A program made the translations under genes and the position numbers. From Candidatus Mediterraneibacter quadrami (GTDB lineage: Bacteria > Bacillota > Clostridia > Lachnospirales > Lachnospiraceae): 64,000 nt of DNA. The stretch is taken from assembly GCA_019120575.1 (NCBI GenBank), contig DWUU01000035.1:11877-75876 (forward strand), given 5' to 3'. Below are positions 1 to 8,709 of this stretch, in pieces. Below the pieces are notes generated by a model that saw only the letters and a program-made list of their open reading frames with translations, was not told the origin of the DNA and searched no databases. Numbering within the stretch: position 1 is the stretch's first letter; each line of letters begins with the position of its first letter.

Positions 1-1068
1 GCTCTTTTCACCCTTGCGGCGCTGGCCATACCGGAGCTTTTGATGATGATCTTCACCAGCGACCCGGCGGTGATCGCGGAGGGCGTGCGGTACCTTCGGA
101 TCGTTGCTTTCACCTATGTGATGATCGGCGTGACTCAGGCCTATCTGTATGTCATGCGCAGCGTGGAGCGGGTGATCGTGGCGACGGTGGTGTACCTCTG
201 CTCGCTGCTGTGCAATATCGTAATGAACTCGATCTTTATCTTCGGGCTCTTCGGCCTGCCGGCTATGGGCGTTGCAGGCGCCGCCCTTGGAACGCTGTGC
301 GCCCGGATCCTGGAAGTGATCCTGACCTTCGGCTACGCCCGGATATTTAATAAAGAGATCAGGCTGCGGCCGAAATACATCCTGCATACGGACCGGGAGC
401 TGTTCCGGGATTTTATGAAATATGCCCTCCCGGTGGTTGCCAACGAGATCATGTGGGGCCTGGGGACGGCGGCCAACACCGCGATCCTCGGGCATCTGGG
501 AAGCGCGGCGGTGGCGGCCAATTCCGTGGCCCAGGTGGCAAGGCAGCTGGCGACGGTGGTATCCTTCGGCCTGTCCAGTGCGGCGGCCATCTATCTGGGC
601 AAGACCATCGGAGAGAAGAAGCTGGAACACGCCAGGGCCTATGCGAAGCGGTTCATCTGGCTCAGCCTCATCATGGGCGCGCTGGGCGGCCTGGTCATCC
701 TGGCGGTATCGGGACCTGCCGCGGCGGCGCTGTCGCTTACCGATACGGCGAAAGGATACCTGCGGATCATGTTCTTCGTGATGTCCTACTTTGTGATCGG
801 ACAGGCGTTCAACACGACTATGGTGGTGGGGATCTTCCGTTCCGGCGGAGACACCCGGTTCGGTCTGGTTCTGGATGTGAGCACCATGTGGGGCTGCTCG
901 ATCCTGCTCGGATTTATCGCGGCGTTCGTATTCAGGTTCAGCGTCCCCATCGTATATGTGATCCTGATGAGCGATGAGATCATCAAGATCCCCATCACGC
1001 TGTGGCGGTACCGGAGTTATAAGTGGCTGAAAGATGTGACGCGGGCGGAAACAACGGCAGCCGGATGA
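1..1068 (+). CDS. MATE family efflux transporter (5'-truncated by window edge)
   Basis: Frame is open from base 1 (ALFTLAALAIPELLMMIF...). Many TM segments and MATE motifs (MGVAGAALGT; HLGSAAVAANSVA; RSGGDTRF). Confidence 0.9.
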   Translation, partial: ALFTLAALAIPELLMMIFTSDPAVIAEGVRYLRIVAFTYVMIGVTQAYLYVMRSVERVIVATVVYLCSLLCNIVMNSIFIFGLFGLPAMGVAGAALGTLCARILEVILTFGYARIFNKEIRLRPKYILHTDRELFRDFMKYALPVVANEIMWGLGTAANTAILGHLGSAAVAANSVAQVARQLATVVSFGLSSAAAIYLGKTIGEKKLEHARAYAKRFIWLSLIMGALGGLVILAVSGPAAAALSLTDTAKGYLRIMFFVMSYFVIGQAFNTTMVVGIFRSGGDTRFGLVLDVSTMWGCSILLGFIAAFVFRFSVPIVYVILMSDEIIKIPITLWRYRSYKWLKDVTRAETTAAG

Positions 1069-1095
1069 TGGCTTCGAACCTCCTGAAAATGCAAA

Positions 1096-1124
1096 TTGAC
1101 AAAACGGTTGAAATTCGGTATTAT
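1096..1124 (+). promoter_or_regulatory. sigmaA promoter of the XRE-Uma2 gene
   Basis: TTGACA-17 nt-TATTAT about 65 bp upstream of the ATG at 1190. Confidence 0.7.
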
Positions 1125-1189
1125 AAAGAAAAACAGACCGGATTTCAACCGTTTGTTGTTTCTCTGTCTGACAGAGGGGAAAGGAGCGT

Positions 1190-2011
1190 ATGATGAACCT
1201 GAAGCAGCTGATGTATTTTAAAGAGAAGAATGGCTATACGTTTGAACAGCTTTCAGAGCTTTCCGGTGTCCCGGTGGGCACCATCCAGAAGATCTTCAGC
1301 GGGGAGACGCGCACGCCGAGGCATAAGACGATACAGGCGCTGGAGATGATCATGAAATTTGAAGAGAAGGATGAAGATTCGGGCTATCGTTCCGGAGGCA
1401 GTCATAATGATGTGGTGCGCGAAGCGGCTCCTGCGTATAAGACAAGGCAGGGCAGCTATACGCTTGACGACTACTATGCTGTTCCGGATAACAGGCGTGT
1501 AGAGTTGATCGACGGCATGATCTATGATATGGCTGCGCCAAGTATGATCCATCAGTATATTATTGGAAAGCTTGTCGCTTCATTTGATGGATGGATTTCT
1601 TCGAAAAATGGCGATTGCAGAGTTTTCCCTTCTCCGCTCGATGTCCAGATCGATTGTGACGACCGGTCAATGCTGGAACCGGATCTCGTTATTCTTTGTG
1701 ATCCGTCAAAGCGCACCAGAAAATGCATCGTAGGCGCTCCGGATCTGGTTGTGGAAGTCCTTTCTCCGTCATCCGCCCATATGGATACGAAGATCAAGCT
1801 TGTAAAGTACGCGGCGGCAGGAGTCAGGGAATATTGGCTGATCGATCCGGACAGGGAGCGCGTATGTGTGTATTGGAGCCCTGAGGATGACATAGCGACT
1901 GTATATGGTCCGCAGGATGATGTGCCGGTGGGGATTTTCGGAGGAGAATTCAGCGTGCCTATGAGCCGGATCTTTGAGCAGATCCGCCAGATGTGGTCGG
2001 AGGAAGAATAA
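1190..2011 (+). CDS. XRE/Cro-type HTH fused to Uma2-family (PD-(D/E)xK) endonuclease domain
   Basis: N-terminal HTH (YTFEQLSELSGVPVGTIQKIFSG). C-terminal Uma2 motifs (VELIDG; EPDLVILC; GAPDLVVEVLSPSS; K..KY..AGVREYWLIDP). RBS aaggag. Confidence 0.88.
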   Translation: MMNLKQLMYFKEKNGYTFEQLSELSGVPVGTIQKIFSGETRTPRHKTIQALEMIMKFEEKDEDSGYRSGGSHNDVVREAAPAYKTRQGSYTLDDYYAVPDNRRVELIDGMIYDMAAPSMIHQYIIGKLVASFDGWISSKNGDCRVFPSPLDVQIDCDDRSMLEPDLVILCDPSKRTRKCIVGAPDLVVEVLSPSSAHMDTKIKLVKYAAAGVREYWLIDPDRERVCVYWSPEDDIATVYGPQDDVPVGIFGGEFSVPMSRIFEQIRQMWSEEE

Positions 2012-2162
2012 GACAGATGTGAATAATCGTAACCGACAAATGTCGGAAATTCATTTTTATATATGTACAAAAACCGCCGGAATGTGGTATACTATCCAAA
2101 GCAGCTGATCCGGACGATATACACCGGGTCGGCTTTCAGTGAAAGAAAGAAGGTATTATACA

Positions 2163-2996
2163 ATGGCTGAAGAACAGAATACAAATAATGAATGTACCGA
2201 AGAATCCTGTGCAGGCTGCGCGCATGCGGATACATGCACGAGCAAGAAGACGGACCTCCGTGAGCCGGCGAACATGTACTCCTCCATTAAGAAAGTGATC
2301 GGAGTCGTGAGCGGCAAGGGCGGAGTCGGCAAATCCCTGGTGACGGCGTCTCTTGCAAGGATGATGCGCGAGAAGGGTTATACGGTTGGCATCCTGGATG
2401 CGGACGTGACCGGTCCGTCTATCCCGAAGATGTACGGCATCCACACGAAAGCCGGAGCCACAGAGGAGAATATCATTCCCTGTACGGCGAAAGACGGCAC
2501 GAAGATTATGTCTGTGAACCTGCTGCTGGAAGATGAATCCGCTCCGGTTATCTGGAGAGGACCGATCATTGCCAGCGTGGTAAAGCAGTTCTGGACAGAC
2601 GTGATGTGGGGCGACCTGGATTATCTCTTTGTGGATATGCCGCCCGGAACAGGCGACGTGCCGCTGACGGTATTCCAGTCCCTGCCGGTGGACGGCGTGG
2701 TGATCGTGACGTCTCCCCAGGATCTGGTTCAGATGATCGTGAAGAAGGCAGCCAATATGGCTGAGCAGATGAACATTCCGGTACTCGGCGTGGTTGAGAA
2801 CTACAGCTATGTAAAATGTCCGGACTGCGGAAAAGAGATCAAAGTGTTCGGCGAGAGCCACATCGAAGAGATCGCCGGAGAGATGGGCGTGCCGGTGCTC
2901 GGCAAGATGCCGATCGACATGGATCTGGCAAGATCCGTGGAAGAAGAGCGGTTCTATGAAGTGAAGAACCCGTATATCGATGAGGTAGAGCTGTAA
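2163..2996 (+). CDS. mrp: Mrp/NBP35 (ApbC) Fe-S cluster carrier ATPase
   Basis: N-terminal CxxCxxxxxC, deviant Walker A SGKGGVGKS, DMPPGTGD, CPDC. Start taken at ATG 2163; ORF track starts at 2139. Confidence 0.92.
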   Translation: MAEEQNTNNECTEESCAGCAHADTCTSKKTDLREPANMYSSIKKVIGVVSGKGGVGKSLVTASLARMMREKGYTVGILDADVTGPSIPKMYGIHTKAGATEENIIPCTAKDGTKIMSVNLLLEDESAPVIWRGPIIASVVKQFWTDVMWGDLDYLFVDMPPGTGDVPLTVFQSLPVDGVVIVTSPQDLVQMIVKKAANMAEQMNIPVLGVVENYSYVKCPDCGKEIKVFGESHIEEIAGEMGVPVLGKMPIDMDLARSVEEERFYEVKNPYIDEVEL

Positions 2997-3102
2997 GGGC
3001 AGAGATGCCGCTCTATGGATGAAGAAATGTACCTGCGGCAGACAGTAAGAGATGGATTACCGTCTGGCCGCAGGTCTTGTGTTTAGAGGAAAGGAAAATC
3101 AG

Positions 3103-4101
3103 ATGACAGGAGAGAAGATCCTCCTCTGGCGGGAAGGAGAGTATCATTATCCCGCCGCATACGGCTTTGTGCCGTTCATGGTCAGCTACATTCATGAAGA
3201 CCGGGAGATCCGTCCCGCCATGGTCATCGTGCCGGGCGGGGCGTATCGGAACGCTTCCCCGTCCGAGGCGCATCTGCCGGCGGAGACATTCTACTGGTAC
3301 GGGTATAATGTATTTGTGCTGGTTTATACGGTCAATCTTCTGGATATGCCGCTTAAGATGCAGCCCCTGCAGGATATTTCCAGGGCCGTGCGCATGATCC
3401 GTTCAAAAGCGCACCGATATTCGGTGGATCCGGACCGGGTGGCGGTGTGCGGATTTTCCGCCGGCGGACATCTGGCGGCCAGCCTGTGCGTGCATTATAA
3501 GGACATCACGGATTCTGACGGGAGATTCAACGGGTGGACGAACCGGCCGGATGCAGCGATCCTGGCCTATCCGGTGATCACATCCGGACAATACACGCAC
3601 AGCGATTCCATGCTGGCTCTTCTGGGATCAGAGCCGGGTGCGGATGAACTGGAATATATGTCGCTGGAGAAGCATGTGACCGCGGATACACCGCCCTGTT
3701 TTCTCTGGCAGACCGTGACGGATGCATCGGTGCCTGTGGAGAACAGCTATCTTTTCGCCCGGGCCTGCAGGGAACAGGGGGTTCCTTTTGCCCACCATGT
3801 ATTTTCGGACGGGGTGCACGGGCTGTCCGTGGCTACAAAGCAGTGGCTGGAACGGGATTTCGGCGAGCCTTATACGCTGGAACAGATCCGCCTTCTGGCC
3901 GGAGCGGTGATCGAAGGACAGACGCCGTACCCGCCGGAGAAGGGCCGGGAGATCCTGGCGGATTTCGGCCTGGACGGCAGGAAGAAGGAGAAGTGGGACC
4001 CGGTGCAGAAAGAAGAGATCCGGAGGACGCTGAAAACGGTCGGGATCTGGCCGGAGCTTGCGAAAGACTGGCTGGATCAGCTCTGGAACCGGGATCAGTA
4101 A
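3103..4101 (+). CDS. alpha/beta hydrolase (esterase/lipase-like)
   Basis: PGGAY oxyanion motif, GFSAGG nucleophile elbow, D..VP, HG. RBS aaagga before ATG 3103. Confidence 0.88.
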   Translation: MTGEKILLWREGEYHYPAAYGFVPFMVSYIHEDREIRPAMVIVPGGAYRNASPSEAHLPAETFYWYGYNVFVLVYTVNLLDMPLKMQPLQDISRAVRMIRSKAHRYSVDPDRVAVCGFSAGGHLAASLCVHYKDITDSDGRFNGWTNRPDAAILAYPVITSGQYTHSDSMLALLGSEPGADELEYMSLEKHVTADTPPCFLWQTVTDASVPVENSYLFARACREQGVPFAHHVFSDGVHGLSVATKQWLERDFGEPYTLEQIRLLAGAVIEGQTPYPPEKGREILADFGLDGRKKEKWDPVQKEEIRRTLKTVGIWPELAKDWLDQLWNRDQ

Positions 4102-4122
4102 AAAGAGATAAGGAGACAGAAG

Positions 4123-4893
4123 ATGAGATTATTATTTGTCCGGCATGGAGATCCGGATTATGTACACGACACTTTGACGGAGAAAGGCCACCGGGAGGCG
4201 GCGCTCCTTGCGGAACGCGCTGAGGATCTGGACATGGGAACCTGCTTTGTCTCGCCCCTCGGACGGGCGCAGGCGACAGCCGGTTACTGTATGAAGAAAC
4301 TGGGCCGCACGGCGAAGACGCTGGGGTGGCTTCAGGAATTCCCGGCGGAGATCGATCTGAATCAGGCCCTGCATCTGGAAGAGGCCTATCCCATGAGCCG
4401 GAAAGAAAACGGGCTCTACGTGCCGCGGATCGTGTGGGATGTGGTCCCGTCCTACTGGGGCGCCCACATGGACTGCATGGATCCGGTGCGCTGGCGGGAC
4501 TGCGACATCTGCCGCCATTCCGATACAGTGGAGATCTACGACCGGGTGACGGAAGAATTCGACCGGCTGCTTGCGGAGTACGGCTATGTGCGTGACGGGA
4601 ACATTTACCGGGTGGAGAAGGAGAGTACAGAGACACTGACTTTCTTCTGTCATTTTGCCATTACCGGTGTATTCCTTTCCTATCTCTGGAATGTCTCGCC
4701 CTTCCTTCTGTGGCACAGTCTGGCGCTGGCGCCCACATCGGTGACGGAAGTTGTGACCGAGGAACGCCAGCAGGGGATCGCCTGCTTCCGGGGCCTGAAG
4801 CTGGGGGACGTATCCCATCTCGTGCTGGGCGGGGAGCCGGCGTCCACGGCGGCCCGGTTCTGTGAAGTGTTCAGCGGGAAGGAGCGCCACTGA
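4123..4893 (+). CDS. histidine phosphatase (PGM-like) family protein
   Basis: N-terminal FVRHG, SPLGRA.ATA, EF and late CH motif. RBS aaggag. Confidence 0.88.
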   Translation: MRLLFVRHGDPDYVHDTLTEKGHREAALLAERAEDLDMGTCFVSPLGRAQATAGYCMKKLGRTAKTLGWLQEFPAEIDLNQALHLEEAYPMSRKENGLYVPRIVWDVVPSYWGAHMDCMDPVRWRDCDICRHSDTVEIYDRVTEEFDRLLAEYGYVRDGNIYRVEKESTETLTFFCHFAITGVFLSYLWNVSPFLLWHSLALAPTSVTEVVTEERQQGIACFRGLKLGDVSHLVLGGEPASTAARFCEVFSGKERH

Positions 4894-4981
4894 CTCCCGG
4901 ATAAGGAAATGAAATTAAGGCGGGGCATCTTCCCGCTCATATGCATAGTATAATAGAAAAGCATCTGGGAGTTTTTTGATT

Positions 4982-5461
4982 ATGGCATATGAGACTTTTG
5001 AAAAGGTGGAGGGGATCATCCGGAATATCGACCGGAGCGACGACTGCTGTTCTATGATCCTGGCGCTGGCTGTCGACGGGGAAGTGACCAACGTGGTCGT
5101 GTCCGGCGATACGGCGGTGATCGATCATGTCCGTCTCCGCCCGGGGATGCGCGTCGCCGCGTTCTATGATACAAACCTGCCCACGCCGGCGGTGTATCCG
5201 CCCCAGTACCGGGCGGAGCTTGTAGCGCCGCTGCGGAGAGGGCAGCAGGTCATGCTGGACTACTTCAACGATCAGATGGAATCGGCGGACGGTTCCCTGA
5301 AGCTGAACATCGGACCGATGACAAATGTAATGACAATGAACGGGCAGCCGTATACATGCAGCCCGGAAAACATGGAACTGCTCGTATTCTATACAGCGGC
5401 CACATTCAGCATGCCGGCGCAGACCACGCCCCAGCGGGTGATCGTCATGTGCGGATATTAA
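4982..5461 (+). CDS. hypothetical protein (two short beta-rich halves)
   Basis: GC3-rich coding-like ORF preceded by ggag; no recognisable family motif. Confidence 0.7.
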   Translation: MAYETFEKVEGIIRNIDRSDDCCSMILALAVDGEVTNVVVSGDTAVIDHVRLRPGMRVAAFYDTNLPTPAVYPPQYRAELVAPLRRGQQVMLDYFNDQMESADGSLKLNIGPMTNVMTMNGQPYTCSPENMELLVFYTAATFSMPAQTTPQRVIVMCGY

Positions 5462-5736
5462 GCAGATAAGAGTTAAAAACACCTGAACGACCATTATAAT
5501 ACCTAAACGACATAACACAAGCAGGAAGATTTATGGTAAAATAATAGAGTCGAAGCCGACAAAGTGTCCGGGAAAAGGGATTCTGAAATCGAAGAATGTC
5601 CGAAACCCGGAAATAAATGAAAGGGGCGTGCCCGTTTTTACGGATACGGTTCAGGGATTGACAGAGAGCACATAATCTTTACGCACGCACAGCGTAAGTC
5701 TGTCCTTTTTCAATTTTACAAAACTGCAGATGATTC

Positions 5737-5782
5737 AAGGCGTATTCCGCCCGTTTAACAACGGGCGGGATGCGCCTTTTTT
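5737..5782 (+). terminator. intrinsic terminator inside the 5' leader of the 5822 ORF (attenuator candidate)
   Basis: AAGGCGTATTCCGCCCGTT-taac-AACGGGCGGGATGCGCCTT followed by TTTT, 40 bp upstream of the ATG. Confidence 0.75.
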
Positions 5783-5821
5783 CGGTGTGCGAGAAAAATC
5801 TAAGAAGAACGGAGAAAAGCT

Positions 5822-6145
5822 ATGAGAAGAAAAAAACGATTTTTAAGTCTGCTGCTTGTGGTCTGCCTGATGGTGGGGCTGCTGCCCGCATCGGTGATTG
5901 CAGCGAAAAACGGCAAGGCGCTGCAAGCGGGAGCGGGAGCGATCGAGAAGAATGATGCCGTATATTACGGCACGGAGCAAAGAGCGTGGCAGGCGCTGTC
6001 AACAAACGGAAACGGCGGCACATATTCAGACGGTGCAAACGCCGTACAGGCAGATTCCGCACTGTTCCTGTTTTTGAGGAGCGGGCTGCGACAGCTCCTT
6101 TCGCGTTCATGTCTTTTTTCAGTATTCGAAGGAAAGATCAGCTGA
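5822..6145 (+). pseudogene. truncated secreted/surface protein remnant (signal peptide plus start of mature domain)
   Basis: Typical Clostridial signal peptide MRRKKRFLSLLLVVCLMVGLLPASVIAA, then GKALQAG...VYYG...WQAL...ALFL, resembling N-termini of large Clostridial surface proteins. Degenerates after about 6070 into non-protein-like sequence. Confidence 0.55.
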
Positions 6146-6148
6146 ACA

Positions 6149-6601
6149 TTAACGCTTCTCATAGATCTGCAACAGTTTTATGTAAAACGTACTCAGCGCC
6201 TCGCAGTAGGCATTTGAGACCGGGCAGATCATCGGGATCCGTCTGTCGGCGATCAGGACTTCGTTGTCGAACCGGGTGATATAGTCGTACATATATTTCA
6301 GAAACTCTTTGTTGGTCGGTTTCCGGTTCCGGCCGGACCGGCTGAAAATGATTTCGAGCAGTTCTGTATTATGTGAATCCCACACATGGTTTACGACTGT
6401 GCGCATGTTCTTTTCCACACAGTTCCAGTTGGTATGGAAGTGCTTTGCCACATCGAGGTACAGCGTTTTTGTGATGCATTCGATCCGTTCGCTGTCCTCG
6501 AGGATGAGCAGTAACCCGTACACCACATAGTTGTAGCCGGTGTAGGAGCGGCTGACTCCGAAGGAGTCCAGAGTATTGATGATAACTTTTTCATAATTCA
6601 T
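6149..6601 (-). CDS. orphan Spo0A C-terminal DNA-binding domain protein (no receiver domain)
   Basis: L..FGV....TGY.Y..... ITKTLYLDVAKHFHTNWNCVEKNMR matches the Spo0A_C pattern (G...GY.Y; ITK.LY..IA....T....VER.IR). RBS aaggagg. Confidence 0.85.
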   Translation of the reverse strand: MNYEKVIINTLDSFGVSRSYTGYNYVVYGLLLILEDSERIECITKTLYLDVAKHFHTNWNCVEKNMRTVVNHVWDSHNTELLEIIFSRSGRNRKPTNKEFLKYMYDYITRFDNEVLIADRRIPMICPVSNAYCEALSTFYIKLLQIYEKR

Positions 6602-6901
6602 CTGTATTTCCTCCTTATCTGATCAACCTGTTCAACACCGATATTATCGTAAAATGGAAAAATATGTTAAACAATAAGAAGATTTCGAACATTTTCGACC
6701 TTGAGAGTCGAAAACAAATCGTGCGGTCAGTGAAATGATTGTTTTGTATAAGTGAGAAATGCATCTGCCCGATGACTGTTTGCATAATATAACTTGCAAT
6801 TTACCATAACTATTACTATAATATACTTTGTAAACTGCTTAATAAAAGCAATAGTATAATTGTGGAACTGTGTTGAAATCATAATGTTACGGAGGTGTAT
6901 T

Positions 6902-8374
6902 ATGTCGATTGTAAATGATGAACAGGTCACGAAAGTATTGCGGCAATATAACCCGTGGTGGCGTACACCTTCTGCCATTAAGGAAGAAAGCAAGCCGCAG
7001 AAGAGACTGGCCTATTACGAGGCTTTGAAAACGCTTACCCATAGGAGCATCCGAAGGTTTGCAGTTTTATCCGGTATGAGGCGTGTGGGCAAGACAACGA
7101 TTCTGTATCAGATCATCGACCACCTGATTGACGAAGGCGTAAATCCCAGAAATATCCTGTACGCTACCTTTGATAATCCGATTTTGAAACTCGTCAACGC
7201 GGAGAATGTGCTGTCCATCTATGAAGCAATGTATCCCACTACCGGTACAAGGTACATCTTTTTTGATGAAGTGCAGTACACTGATAATTGGGAACTTTGG
7301 ATGAAGGTAATCTACGACAGCCGGAAGGATATTCGGCTTATCGCCACGGGATCCGCCAGCCCTGTCTTAGAAAAGGGTTCCGCGGACAGCGGCACGGGGC
7401 GGTGGAGTGTTCTCAAAATCCCTACTATGTCCTTTTATGAGTATTGCAGGCTGCTTGATCTGGATTTGCCGCTCATGCCGGATGATTTACGCTTATCGGA
7501 GCTGAAAAAAATGAGACCGGCGCAGCTTGGCGATTTAATGGATCAATTCACCCCGTTGCAAAATCATTTTAACCGTTATCTTATGATCGGCGGATTTCCA
7601 GAACTGGTCTTATCGGACGATGACGCCTACGCGCAGAGAATGTTGCGGGAAGATGTGGTGGATAAAGTAATCAAGCGGGATGTGCTGTCCCTCTTTAATA
7701 TCCGAAGCCCGCTACTGATGGAAAAGCTGTTTCTCTATCTGTGCATGAACTCCACGGAGATTTTTAATGCAACGACAGCAGCAAAGGAACTGGAGAATAC
7801 CTCTGTCACAACGATTGAAAGCTATATCAAGGCGCTGGAAATGTCTAATCTCATTTATCTGGCAAAGCCAATGGATGTGGGCAGGAAAGGCGCTCTGAAA
7901 GGAAAACCGAAAATTTTTATTGCTGACGCGGCCATCCGCAATGCTGTGCTGATGATTGACGACGTGCTTTCGGATGAAAAGGAATTGGGCGCAATGGTGG
8001 AAACAACTGTTTATAAACATATGGTTTCCTTCTATCAGGGAAGTCCTGCAAGTCTCGGTTATTTCAGAAAGGCAAAGAACAATCAGAAAGAGGTCGATGT
8101 GGTGGTAGAACTTCCCCGCCAAAAGATTCTCTGTGAAGTGAAATACCGCAATAATTCCCACATTGCAATGACGGATGCCATTGTTGAGCTATGCCGGGAC
8201 GAAAAATCCAAAGTTACAGACGCTTTTTTGATTACAAAACGGCTTGACGATTTTGGTATTGCCAAACACGAAACAAAAGTCCCCATTCTGCGCGTCCCTG
8301 CCATCGCTTTCCTCTATATCTTAGGAAAGGCAGAAGCACAGATATTTCCTGGTGGTGTTCGTGTCAAATTTTGA
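6902..8374 (+). CDS. AAA_14-type ATP-binding protein with DUF4143-like C-terminal domain
   Basis: Walker A GMRRVGKTT, Walker B FFDEVQ, ATGS, YLMIGGFPE, K.FIAD, EVDVVV...CEVKY. AT-richer than flanking genes. RBS ggagg before ATG 6902. Confidence 0.88.
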   Translation: MSIVNDEQVTKVLRQYNPWWRTPSAIKEESKPQKRLAYYEALKTLTHRSIRRFAVLSGMRRVGKTTILYQIIDHLIDEGVNPRNILYATFDNPILKLVNAENVLSIYEAMYPTTGTRYIFFDEVQYTDNWELWMKVIYDSRKDIRLIATGSASPVLEKGSADSGTGRWSVLKIPTMSFYEYCRLLDLDLPLMPDDLRLSELKKMRPAQLGDLMDQFTPLQNHFNRYLMIGGFPELVLSDDDAYAQRMLREDVVDKVIKRDVLSLFNIRSPLLMEKLFLYLCMNSTEIFNATTAAKELENTSVTTIESYIKALEMSNLIYLAKPMDVGRKGALKGKPKIFIADAAIRNAVLMIDDVLSDEKELGAMVETTVYKHMVSFYQGSPASLGYFRKAKNNQKEVDVVVELPRQKILCEVKYRNNSHIAMTDAIVELCRDEKSKVTDAFLITKRLDDFGIAKHETKVPILRVPAIAFLYILGKAEAQIFPGGVRVKF

Positions 8375-8472
8375 GAAGTTCAAAATAAAACTCGTGCAGT
8401 TTAGTGTTAAAAACAAAGAAAAAATCATCGATATTTACACGAATCCGAGTGCATACCATTTCCAATTACAAA

Positions 8473-8515
8473 AAAATCGGGAAACCTCAGTAAAAAATCA
8501 AGGTTTCCCGATTTT
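8473..8515 (-). terminator. hairpin/terminator directly 3' of tRNA-Ser
   Basis: Perfect 15-bp IR AAAATCGGGAAACCT / AGGTTTCCCGATTTT with a 13-nt loop; T-run follows on the minus strand. Confidence 0.75.
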
Positions 8516-8524
8516 AATAAGGAG

Positions 8525-8610
8525 CGGAGACGGAGGGATTCGAACCCTCGTGCCCCGGAGGGCAAACGCATTTCGAGTGCGCCCCGTTATGACCACTTCG
8601 ATACGTCTCC
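8525..8610 (-). tRNA. tRNA-Ser(CGA)
   Basis: Minus strand GGAGACG...GCGCA CT CGA AA TGCGT...long variable arm...GAGGG TTCGAAT CCCTC CGTCTCC G. CCA is not encoded. Confidence 0.95.
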
Positions 8611-8709
8611 ATGCAATATGAGCTGTGCACGCCCTGTGGACGTCCACAGCTTTTTTATTATATCAGAATCGCTTCAAAAAGGAAACCCCAAATGTAAAAA
8701 TACAGTGGT

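Noticed and set aside
8352-8621. 89-aa ORF spanning the tRNA
   Set aside because: It overlaps tRNA-Ser antisense and its terminator, so it is spurious.
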